NCBI GenBank assembly: GCA_031367385.1
Contig: JANLPS010000006.1
Coordinates: forward strand, 1 to 10,355
DNA length: 10,355 nucleotides
Origin: Archangium sp.
GTDB lineage: Bacteria > Myxococcota > Myxococcia > Myxococcales > Myxococcaceae
Reading direction: 5' to 3'
Positions 1 to 7,493 of the stretch are shown piece after piece (the stretch's first letter is position 1; each line of letters opens with the position of its first letter). The notes beneath the pieces were generated by a model. The model had not been told where the DNA came from. It saw nothing but the letters and a program-made list of their open reading frames with translations, and made no database searches. Position numbers and translations under genes: made by a program.

Positions 1-2
1 TC

Positions 3-743
3 AAAATCGACGTGCAGTCGCTGCGGGTGGCCTACGGCGAGCGGGTCGCCCTGGAGTCGATCACCTTGCAGCTGCATCAACACGAAGTGTTCTCGCTCAT
101 CGGCCCTTCGGGGTGCGGCAAGTCGACCTTCTTGCGGGCCCTCAATCGAATGAACGAGGTGATCTCCGATGCACGACAGAGCGGGCAGATCTTGCTCGAT
201 GGCCAGTCGGTCGCTTCGCTCGACGTGGTCAACCTGCGCCGCCGGGTCGGCATGGTGTTTCAGCGATCGAACCCGTTTCCCAAGACGGTGTTCGAAAACG
301 TGGCCTATGGCCTGCGCATCGGAGGCCTTCGCGAGAAGAACGTGCTCGCCGAGAAGGTCGAGCAAAGCCTTCGCCAGGCCGCCCTGTGGGACGAGGTCAA
401 AGACCGGCTGGGTGGGTCTGCGCTCTCACTCTCGGGTGGCCAGCAACAACGGCTGTGCATCGCGCGCGCGCTCGCGGTCGAGCCCGAGGTGGTCTTGATG
501 GACGAACCGGCCAGCGCCCTCGACCCGATCGCCACCGCGAAGATCGAGGAGCTGCTCCACACCCTCAAGGCCCGCTACACCATCGTGATCGTCACCCACA
601 ACATGCAGCAGGCGGCGAGGGTGTCAGACCGAACGGCGTTCTTCTACCTCGGCACGCTGGTCGAGGTCGGCGCGACCGAGCAGATCTTCACCAACCCGGT
701 CGAGAAGCGCACCGAAGACTACGTGACCGGCAAGTTCGGCTGA
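3..743 (+). CDS. pstB: Phosphate ABC transporter ATP-binding protein PstB (5'-partial; true start lies before the window)
   Basis: Walker [15 protein letters not shown] motif, [16 protein letters not shown] Q-loop region, signature [16 protein letters not shown], Walker [14 protein letters not shown]-loop [13 protein letters not shown] and the C-terminal [10 protein letters not shown] typical of PstB. The frame is open back to the window edge (AAA ATC GAC before GTG at 12). phoU lies nearby. Confidence 0.97.
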   Translation, partial: KIDVQSLRVAYGERVALESITLQLHQHEVFSLIGPSGCGKSTFLRALNRMNEVISDARQSGQILLDGQSVASLDVVNLRRRVGMVFQRSNPFPKTVFENVAYGLRIGGLREKNVLAEKVEQSLRQAALWDEVKDRLGGSALSLSGGQQQRLCIARALAVEPEVVLMDEPASALDPIATAKIEELLHTLKARYTIVIVTHNMQQAARVSDRTAFFYLGTLVEVGATEQIFTNPVEKRTEDYVTGKFG

Positions 744-754
744 AAGCCCTCAGC

Positions 755-1219
755 TCACTTGGTGAGCGCGTCGAGCTTCTCGAACAAGCTGCCGACATTC
801 GCGACTGCGATCTCACGCTTGGTGCCGTTGGGCATCGTGTGGGTGGTCGTGATCACGCTCTTGAAGGCCTCGGCCTTCTGCGCCGCGGTCGCGTCGGGCG
901 AGCCGTTGACCAGCTCCCAGTGACGCAGGGCCTCGGTGGCCGCTTTGCGCTCTTGGCGGTCGATGCGCCCATCGCCGTTGCTGTCGCCCTTGATGAAGGC
1001 CTCTTGGTAGATGCCCAGGCGCGCCTTGATCGACGTCACCTTGTTCGACGAGTCGGAGATCGCGCGGGCCAGCAGGTCTCGCTGCGGTTTCGAGAGCACG
1101 CCGGTGTCGAGGCCTGTCTTGACCTCTTGGGTTGCGAGAATCTCGGCGTCGCCGCTGATTGCAGCGACTCTGGGCAGCTGAACGTTGAGCGCTCGCATCG
1201 CGGTTTTGATTGAAGTCAT
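755..1219 (-). CDS. Hypothetical 154-aa protein with a single EF-hand-type Ca2+-binding loop
   Basis: ATG at 1219-1217 is preceded by GGGAG (1232-1228) with an 8-nt spacer, and the stop TGA is at 757-755. The gene fills the pstB-phoU gap without overlapping either. It contains F-I-K-G-DSNGDGRIDRQE (loop = residues 79-90, nt 985-950). Confidence 0.8.
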   Translation of the reverse strand: MTSIKTAMRALNVQLPRVAAISGDAEILATQEVKTGLDTGVLSKPQRDLLARAISDSSNKVTSIKARLGIYQEAFIKGDSNGDGRIDRQERKAATEALRHWELVNGSPDATAAQKAEAFKSVITTTHTMPNGTKREIAVANVGSLFEKLDALTK

Positions 1220-1227
1220 TGGTATTG

Positions 1228-1232
1228 CTCCC
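1228..1232 (-). promoter_or_regulatory. Shine-Dalgarno site of the EF-hand gene
   Basis: Minus strand reads GGGAG-CAATACCA-ATG. Confidence 0.7.
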
Positions 1233-1266
1233 GAAACGGTGAGGGGCAGAGCGCCTGGCTGCTCGA

Positions 1267-1293
1267 TTGTCGGCCCCGGGGCGTCGCGGTTGC
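1267..1293 (-). promoter_or_regulatory. Candidate sigma28/FliA-like promoter for the EF-hand gene
   Basis: Minus strand reads GCAA-N15-GCCGACAA versus consensus TAAA-N15-GCCGATAA (-10 element 7/8, -35 element 2/4, correct spacing), 47 nt upstream of the ATG. Confidence 0.35.
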
Positions 1294-1339
1294 TGCGGTT
1301 TTCATGGTTTGCCGCACCGCTCGGGTAAGGTGCCAGCCG

Positions 1340-2035
1340 ATGCCCGGGCACACTGACAAGGCCTTCGAACATGACCTGCGTGTTCTGCGCGACAAGCTGC
1401 TCGCGATGAGCGCGCGGGTCGAGTCGATGATCGCCGAGAGCGTGCTGTCGCTCGCCGAGCGAGATTCGAAGCTGGGCAAGCACGTGATCGCCTCAGACAG
1501 CGAGGTCAACCGGCTCGAGATTGAGGTCGATGACCTCTGCCGGCGCATTCTGGCGTTGCGGCAGCCGGCGGCCAGCGACCTTCGGCTGATCACTACCTCG
1601 CTCAAAATCGTCACCGACCTCGAGCGCTGCGGAGACCTCGCCGTCAACATCGCCGAGCGCGCGTTGGACTTGAACGAAGCCACCGCGATGCCGATTTACG
1701 CCGAGCTGCCCAGGCTTGCGGCCCTGGCCCAGAACCAGGTCAAGTTGGCGCTCGACGCCTTCGTGCGCGGAGACGCCGCGGGTGCCGAGCAGGTGCTCAC
1801 CGGAGATGCGTTGCTCGACGCCCTGTTCGTGCAGCTGCTCAATGAGCTCATCGCCCTGATGATGGAAGACTCGAAGAACGTGCGGCGGGCGACCAGCTTG
1901 GTCTTCGTGGCCAAGCACCTCGAGCGCATCGGAGACCACGCGATGAACATCGCTGAGATGGTCGTGTACATGGTGAAGGGCACCGACATTCGGCACCCCC
2001 GCAGCCGCGAGCTCGGCCGGGTCAAGGCGAGCTGA
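1340..2035 (+). CDS. phoU: Phosphate signalling complex protein PhoU
   Basis: Two PhoU repeats: D..VN.LE.EVDD, LALRQPAASDLR, DLERCGDLAVNIAE, then D.LLD, KHLERIGDHAMNIAEMVVYMVKG. The start was moved from 1304 to ATG 1340 (MPGHTDKAFE), which has TAAGGTG at 1326-1332 upstream. Confidence 0.96.
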   Translation: MPGHTDKAFEHDLRVLRDKLLAMSARVESMIAESVLSLAERDSKLGKHVIASDSEVNRLEIEVDDLCRRILALRQPAASDLRLITTSLKIVTDLERCGDLAVNIAERALDLNEATAMPIYAELPRLAALAQNQVKLALDAFVRGDAAGAEQVLTGDALLDALFVQLLNELIALMMEDSKNVRRATSLVFVAKHLERIGDHAMNIAEMVVYMVKGTDIRHPRSRELGRVKAS

Positions 2036-2137
2036 AGCCCCAGTCGCGCCGCAAGGGGCTCACGAATGCGGCCGTTTTTTTGCGGCCGTGTGCGTGCCGT
2101 GGTCACATCGCTCAGGCCTGTAGCGCAGAGCCCACCG

Positions 2138-3760
2138 ATGACGCACTTCTCTCGACAGTGGTTGTTGCTCGCGCTGCTCTGGGCGCTCGGTGCGGCGGGC
2201 GCTCCCTCGCCGAGCTCGGCCGCGGCTGACGAGTCGTTTCAGTCGGCCAAAGACGCGTACCAGAAGCTGCGCAAAGACGAGAAGCGGCGAAAGTTTCGGC
2301 ACAACTGGCTCAACGTCGCCAAGCACCTCGAAACCGTCGCGACCAAATACCCGAAGAGCGAGCGCGCGCCCGAGGCCTTGTTCTGGTCGGGCGAGCTGTA
2401 CTCAGAGCTGGCCCGGTTCTCTCAAAGCGACGACGACCTCGACGCTGCGGCCAAGAACTATGCGCGGCTCTCGACGAATTGGCCCAAGCACCGACTGGCC
2501 GATGATGCCGCGCTCTCGCTGGCCCGGCTGCTGGCCGATCGCCGCTCCGACCCCCAGGGCGCGCGCCGAGTCGCCGCCGCCGCCGTCGATTCAGCCGGCG
2601 ATAAGAAGAAGGAGCTCCAGGCGCTTCTCGAGGCGCTCCCAGAGTCGGCCAAGCGGGCCGAGGCGGCGAAACCGGTGGCGGCACCCCAGGCTCCGGTCGT
2701 CAGCGCGGGCGCGGCGGCGGTGGCTGAAGCGACCCGCCGGGCATCGGCCACGGTCGCCCAGGCGCTGAAGACCGTCGAGCTGCCGGTGCCCTCGCCGACC
2801 CGGGTGAGGGCGGTCGCCACCGCTCCGATGGTCGAGGCTCGCCGCGTGCCGGTCGCCCGGCCCAAGGAGCCCGCCGCCGAAGCCGAGAGCAGCGACGAGG
2901 TGCTCGAAGATCAGGCTGAGGCACCGGCGCTGAGCTCGCTGCAAGAAAAGCTGCGCGACGTGCGCATCGGGGCCAAGCCCCCCGGCGCTGACCCGGCCGC
3001 GAAGGCCCGGTTCAAGTCGTTGGTGAAGACCGAAGAGGCCGCCGAGCTGACCTTGGCGCAGCAACTCGGGCTGAAAGTTCGGCGGGTGATCATCGACGCC
3101 GGCCACGGAGGCCATGACACCGGCGCGATCGGCCCGAAGGGCACGTTCGAGAAAGACGCCACCCTGGCGATGACGCTCAAGCTCGCCAAGAAGCTCGAGG
3201 CGATGGGGCTCGAGGTGGTGCTGACCCGCGATGACGATGCCTTCGTGAAGCTCGAAGACCGCACCAAGCTCGCCAACCGCGAGCACGGAGACCTCTTCAT
3301 CTCGATTCACTGCAACGCCGCCCCCTCGAGGGCGCTGCGCGGCATCGAGACCTACACCCTCAACACCTCATCGAACCGCTACTCGATTCGCCTGGCGGCC
3401 CGAGAGAACGCCAGCACCGAGCGCGGCGTCGGCGACCTGCAGTACATCTTGGCCGACCTGGCCACCAAGGCGAACACCGGCGAGTCGACCCGCCTGGCCG
3501 AGCGCGTTCAGAAGAACCTGGTTCGCTCGTTGGCCGCCGAGTACGACGGAGTTCGAGACCTCGGCACCAAAGAGGCCCTGTTTTTCGTGCTGTTGGGGGC
3601 GAAAATGCCTGCAATTCTCGTCGAGACCTCGTTCATCTCGAACGTCGAAGACGAGCAGCGCCTCGGCGATGACGCGTACCAGCAGAAGGTCGCCGACTCG
3701 ATCGCCGAGGCCGTCGACGGGTTTCTCGAAGAGCGCAACAAAGTCGCCCGCATCGACTGA
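2138..3760 (+). CDS. N-acetylmuramoyl-L-alanine amidase (Amidase_3, AmiA/B/C-like) with signal peptide, N-terminal TPR-like helical domain and Ala/Pro-rich linker
   Basis: Zn-amidase motifs IIDAGHGGHDTGA, FEK, LTRDDD, R..LAN, DLFISIHCNA, GIETY and MPAILVETSFISN. From ATG 2138 the N-terminus MTHFSRQWLLLALLWALGAAG is signal-peptide-like. YPKSERAPEALFWSGELY and WPKHRLADDAALSLARL look like TPR units. The start is uncertain (the ORF is open from 2066). Confidence 0.92.
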   Translation: MTHFSRQWLLLALLWALGAAGAPSPSSAAADESFQSAKDAYQKLRKDEKRRKFRHNWLNVAKHLETVATKYPKSERAPEALFWSGELYSELARFSQSDDDLDAAAKNYARLSTNWPKHRLADDAALSLARLLADRRSDPQGARRVAAAAVDSAGDKKKELQALLEALPESAKRAEAAKPVAAPQAPVVSAGAAAVAEATRRASATVAQALKTVELPVPSPTRVRAVATAPMVEARRVPVARPKEPAAEAESSDEVLEDQAEAPALSSLQEKLRDVRIGAKPPGADPAAKARFKSLVKTEEAAELTLAQQLGLKVRRVIIDAGHGGHDTGAIGPKGTFEKDATLAMTLKLAKKLEAMGLEVVLTRDDDAFVKLEDRTKLANREHGDLFISIHCNAAPSRALRGIETYTLNTSSNRYSIRLAARENASTERGVGDLQYILADLATKANTGESTRLAERVQKNLVRSLAAEYDGVRDLGTKEALFFVLLGAKMPAILVETSFISNVEDEQRLGDDAYQQKVADSIAEAVDGFLEERNKVARID

Positions 3761-3796
3761 CGGGCGAGCCCCGCCTCGTCTATGGTGGGGCACCGC

Positions 3797-4693
3797 ATGG
3801 CGCAGCAAGACGACAAGAAACCGCCCCCGCCCAAAGCCAAAGCCGGCGAATTCGGCTCGGCCTTCGACAAAGGCCCGAACTCGCCGCGCACCAGCAGCGT
3901 GGTCTCGCTGCCAAAGCCCGAGCCGGTCGAGAAACCCAAGCCCAATTACCCGCCTCCGCGCAGACGCCGAGGCCGCTTCTCGGGGCCTCCGCCGAAGAAG
4001 CCAGAGAAGCCAGCCGGGCCGCCGCCGGTGATGACCACGTTTCAAAAGCAGCAGCTCGGCTCGGGGTTCGTCGATTCGGCGAAGCAGCAGAAACGCGAGG
4101 CCGTGATCGGCTCGAGCCCGGCGCTCTTCGACGAAACCGACGATGACGAGACGTTGGGCGGCGGCAACTTCGATGGCGTGACGGCGCCTGAGCACCTCAC
4201 CGGCCGCGACACGTGGAAGGCGTTGCAGGCGCCAGTTCAGAGCAAAGCAGGCAAGCGCGAGAAGAGCTTGTACGAGCAGGTGCTCAAGCAGTTCGCCGTG
4301 GGCAGCAACCCGCGCTACGAGCCTGACGGCACCGACCGAGACCGCTCGCACATCTTCTTGTGGGACGTGTCTCTCGCGATGGGCTGCGAGATTCCCCACT
4401 TTGCGGGGGCTCGCGAGCACAACCTCTCGCAGACCACCGACTGGGTTCGACACGAGGCGCCGATGCGTGGGTGGAGGCGGGTCAGCTCAACCGACATCTA
4501 CGACGTCGCGGCCTCGGGGCAACTGGTGGTGGCGGTGCCCAAAGACCCGCGGCTCAAAGGGCTGGCGGTGGTGCACCCTCAGAAAAAGGCCTTCGTGCCC
4601 GTGGTGGTCTCAGCCGGAGTCAAACGCGGGTGGGGCGTGGCCCTGCGTGACGCGATTGGCGTGGTGGCCTGCGAGTTCTTCACCCACCCTTGA
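3797..4693 (+). CDS. Hypothetical protein: Pro/Lys/Arg-rich disordered N-terminus plus a C-terminal globular domain resembling a degenerate CHAP/NlpC-P60-like fold
   Basis: 298-aa ORF with GC3-biased codons that fills the gap between the amidase and mutS. GGTGGGG precedes ATG 3797 (alternative ATG at 3782). C-terminal motifs are QFAVGSNPRY, IFLWDVSLAMGCEIPHF, GWRRVS, LAVV and EFFTH. The family assignment is from recall only. Confidence 0.82.
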   Translation: MAQQDDKKPPPPKAKAGEFGSAFDKGPNSPRTSSVVSLPKPEPVEKPKPNYPPPRRRRGRFSGPPPKKPEKPAGPPPVMTTFQKQQLGSGFVDSAKQQKREAVIGSSPALFDETDDDETLGGGNFDGVTAPEHLTGRDTWKALQAPVQSKAGKREKSLYEQVLKQFAVGSNPRYEPDGTDRDRSHIFLWDVSLAMGCEIPHFAGAREHNLSQTTDWVRHEAPMRGWRRVSSTDIYDVAASGQLVVAVPKDPRLKGLAVVHPQKKAFVPVVVSAGVKRGWGVALRDAIGVVACEFFTHP

Positions 4694-7421
4694 GTTGCTG
4701 TTTCCACCCGGCGATGGCGCTGAGGGCCTCGAGGGGGCTGCTGCTGTCGACGCTGAAGCGCTCGAGCGCGACGAGCACCGGGTGAAGGGCCGCCGGGGTT
4801 GGGGCGTCACCGCCGAACAGCCCCAGCTGTGACGTGTCGACCACCGGTGCCTTCGGCGCCGGGGCGCCCCGGTCTCCACCCGTGGCGCGCTTGGCGAGCC
4901 GCGGCCGCCCGGCTTCGTCGAATTCACCGGCCTCGAGGTTTCGCAGCAGCTCTCGGGCTCGGGCGAGCACCTCGGGCGGCAGCCCCGCCAGCTTGGCGAC
5001 CTCGATGCCGTACGAGCGGCTCGCGGCGCCAGAGACCAGCTTGCGCAAGAAGATGATTCGGCCCTGCTGCTCGCGCACCGCGATCGAGCAGTTGTGCACC
5101 CGGGGCTTCTCGCGCGCGAGGTCGGTGAGCTCATGGTAGTGCGTGGCGAACATCGTTCGAGCGCCCACGCGGTCGTGCAGGTGCTCAGCGACCGCCCAGG
5201 CAATCGACAGACCGTCGAAGGTCGAGGTGCCTCGGCCGATCTCGTCGAGAATCACCAGGCTGCGCCGGGTCGCGTGGTGAAGAATGTTCGCGGTCTCGGT
5301 CATCTCGACCATGAAGGTCGACTGCCCCCGGGCGAGGTTGTCTGAGGCGCCGACCCGGGTAAACACGCGGTCAGACAGACCGATGCGGGCGGCCTTGGCG
5401 GGCACGAAGCACCCGGCCTGAGCCAGCACCACCGTCAGCGCGACCTGCCGCATCACCGTGCTCTTACCGGCCATGTTGGGCCCGGTGATGATCAGCACCT
5501 GCTGCGAGTCGCGGTCGAGCCGCACGTCATTGGGTACGAAGCTCTCACCGCTGCCCAATGCCTTTTCGACCACCGGGTGCCGCCCACCGGTGATCTCGAT
5601 CACCCCCGACTCGTCGATGACCGGGCGCACGTACCCGTTCTCGGCCGAGACCCGGGCGAAGGCCACCAGGGCGTCGAGCGTGGCGACCGCATCGGCGGCG
5701 GCCCGTAAGGCTCCTGCCCGGGCCACCACCAGGGCCCGCAGCTCTTCGAACAGCCGCTGCTCGATGGCGACCCGCTTCTCATCAGCGGTCAGCACCTTCT
5801 CTTCGTAGGTCTTGAGCTCTTCGGTGACGTAGCGCTCACCGCCAACGGTGGTCTGCTTGCGAATCCACTCCTTGGGCACCAGGCCGAGGTTCGACTTGGT
5901 GACCTCGAGGTAGTACCCGAACACCTTGTTGTACCGAACCTTGAGCGAGCCGATGCCGGTGCGCTCACGTTCTCGGGTCTCGAGCTTGAGCAGGTAGTCT
6001 TTGCCGCTGGTCGCAAGCTCGACGTACTCATCGAGCTCGGCGTGGTACCCGCCGCGAATGAAGTTGCCGTCGGCGAGTACGATTGGCGGGTCGTCGACCA
6101 GCGCGCGCGCCAGCGTCTGCGAGAGCGAGGTGATGCCGTCGTGAACGAAGGGCCTCACCAGCGACTCGAGCAGCGGGCTGGTGGTGCCCTCGAGCAGCGA
6201 GGCCAACGACGGCATCGTGGCCAGCGAGCGCCCGAGGGCCTTCAAGTCTCGGGGGCCTCCGGAGGCCAGCGAGAGCCGACCGCACAAGCGCTCGACGTCG
6301 CTCACTTCTTTGAGCTGCGCAGCAAGGGCCTCGCGCCACGAGGCTTTGACCGAGAGTGCTTCGACCGCGTCGTGCCGGGCGCCAATCGGCGCCACATCAG
6401 CCAGCGGAGCAGACAACCACCTCGCCAGCTTTCTCGCGCCCAGAGAAGTGGCCGAGCGGTCGACCACCGAGAGCAGGGTGCCGGCGCGCGAGCCGTCTTT
6501 GAGCGCCCGAAGCAGCTCGAGGTTCGCCCGAGACGATTCGTCGATGACCAAGACCCCGCCGCGGGGCTGCAGCACCATGCGGTCGACGTGGCCGGCCTGG
6601 CTCTTCTGGGTGTCTTTGAGATACCGCAGCGCGGCCCCGGCGGCGGCGAGCGAGGGCCCGACGTCTTTGGCGGCGAGGCCGAAGCCATCGAGCGAGGCCA
6701 CCGAGAAGTGGGTCTGCAGCTGGGCGCGGCAGCGCTTCTCGTCAAAAGCACCGGCATCGAGACTGGCGATGCTCGGCCGTCGACTGAGCAAGCCCAGCAG
6801 GCGCTCGAGCGACGGCCCGACGAAGGCGTCGGGCACCAGCAGCTCGCGGGGGCCAGCCCGCGACAGCTCGTCAGCGATGAGCTCAACCGAGCCTGGAGTC
6901 AGCACCACGAACTCACCGGTCGACGCGTCGAGCAGGGCCGCTCCCCACGGCGACTCGTCGTCGCCCGGGCAGAGCGCGGCCAAGAAGTTGTTCTCTTTGG
7001 CCTCGAGCACGTCGTCATCGAGCACCATGCCGGGGGTGACGACCCGCACGACCTCGCGCTTGACGATGCCCTTGCCGTCGGGCGCGGTGGTCTGCTCGCA
7101 GATGGCGACCTTCTGACCCGCTTCGATGAGCCGAGCGATGTAGCGCCGCGCCGCGTGGTACGGCACCCCCGCCATCGGCACCCGGTCGGTGCCCTTGGCG
7201 CGCGAGGTGAGGGTGATCGACAGCAGCTCAGACGCCTTGACCGCGTCTTCGAAGAACAGCTCGTAGAAGTCGCCCAGGCGAAAAAAGAGCAGCGCCCCCG
7301 GCACCTGGGCTTTGACCTCGAGGTACTGCTTCATCATCGGCGTCAGCGCCGGCCCCGCGTCAGAAGGCGGGTGAAGCACGATTTCAGGCACCACTTCGTT
7401 CTGCTCGGCCGCTGCGCTCAC
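4680..7421 (-). CDS. mutS: DNA mismatch repair protein MutS (MutS1)
   Basis: TPMMKQY, mismatch-binding GDFYELF (F-x-E), PMAGVPYH, KVAICEQ, REVVRVVTPG, GRHPVVE, Walker A TGPNMAGKST, GQSTFMVEM, Walker B LDEIGRGTST, FATHYHEL, SYGIEVAKLAGLP and C-terminal QLGLF. GTG start with AGGAGG 5 nt upstream. Confidence 0.99.
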   Translation of the reverse strand: MSAAAEQNEVVPEIVLHPPSDAGPALTPMMKQYLEVKAQVPGALLFFRLGDFYELFFEDAVKASELLSITLTSRAKGTDRVPMAGVPYHAARRYIARLIEAGQKVAICEQTTAPDGKGIVKREVVRVVTPGMVLDDDVLEAKENNFLAALCPGDDESPWGAALLDASTGEFVVLTPGSVELIADELSRAGPRELLVPDAFVGPSLERLLGLLSRRPSIASLDAGAFDEKRCRAQLQTHFSVASLDGFGLAAKDVGPSLAAAGAALRYLKDTQKSQAGHVDRMVLQPRGGVLVIDESSRANLELLRALKDGSRAGTLLSVVDRSATSLGARKLARWLSAPLADVAPIGARHDAVEALSVKASWREALAAQLKEVSDVERLCGRLSLASGGPRDLKALGRSLATMPSLASLLEGTTSPLLESLVRPFVHDGITSLSQTLARALVDDPPIVLADGNFIRGGYHAELDEYVELATSGKDYLLKLETRERERTGIGSLKVRYNKVFGYYLEVTKSNLGLVPKEWIRKQTTVGGERYVTEELKTYEEKVLTADEKRVAIEQRLFEELRALVVARAGALRAAADAVATLDALVAFARVSAENGYVRPVIDESGVIEITGGRHPVVEKALGSGESFVPNDVRLDRDSQQVLIITGPNMAGKSTVMRQVALTVVLAQAGCFVPAKAARIGLSDRVFTRVGASDNLARGQSTFMVEMTETANILHHATRRSLVILDEIGRGTSTFDGLSIAWAVAEHLHDRVGARTMFATHYHELTDLAREKPRVHNCSIAVREQQGRIIFLRKLVSGAASRSYGIEVAKLAGLPPEVLARARELLRNLEAGEFDEAGRPRLAKRATGGDRGAPAPKAPVVDTSQLGLFGGDAPTPAALHPVLVALERFSVDSSSPLEALSAIAGWKQQLKGG

Positions 7422-7426
7422 AGACC

Positions 7427-7432
7427 CCTCCT
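7427..7432 (-). promoter_or_regulatory. Shine-Dalgarno site of mutS
   Basis: Minus strand reads AGGAGG-GGTCT-GTG. Confidence 0.85.
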
Positions 7433-7493
7433 ACCAAGAAGCCGGCGCGGGGTTGAACCCAAAGCCGCTCCTGTACCCGCCACCCAAATGACT

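Noticed and set aside
739..767. Short hairpins at the pstB/EF-hand gene junction (GCTGA/TCAGC; GCTCAC/GTGAGC), and similarity of GCTGAAAGCCCTCAG to GCTGAAGCCCCAG after phoU
   Set aside because: The stems are only 5-6 bp with no U-tract. The similarity is short, includes the stop codon and does not flank the inserted gene, so it is not a terminator or target-site duplication I can support.
113..1213. 366-aa plus-strand ORF
   Set aside because: Off-frame shadow of pstB and antisense shadow of the EF-hand gene. It is Arg/Gly-rich with no motifs, as expected at high GC.
1296..1320. Possible Pho box upstream of phoU (TTTTCAT-GGTT-TGCCGCA)
   Set aside because: Only one half-site loosely resembles CTGTCAT and there is no 11-bp tandem repeat.
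1220..1483. N-terminal extension of the 755..1483 minus-strand ORF (242 aa)
   Set aside because: It overlaps phoU antisense. ATG 1219 has a clear GGGAG RBS and gives a non-overlapping gene.
3950..3985. RRRRGRF as a Tat signal
   Set aside because: It lies more than 50 residues from the start and has no following hydrophobic h-region.
3368..4453. 361-aa minus-strand ORF (and 2591..3310)
   Set aside because: Antisense to the amidase and the hypothetical gene, with typical shadow composition.
7450..7460. Palindrome GGGTTGAACCC upstream of mutS as a LexA/SOS operator
   Set aside because: It is too short and does not convincingly match any LexA box consensus I know.
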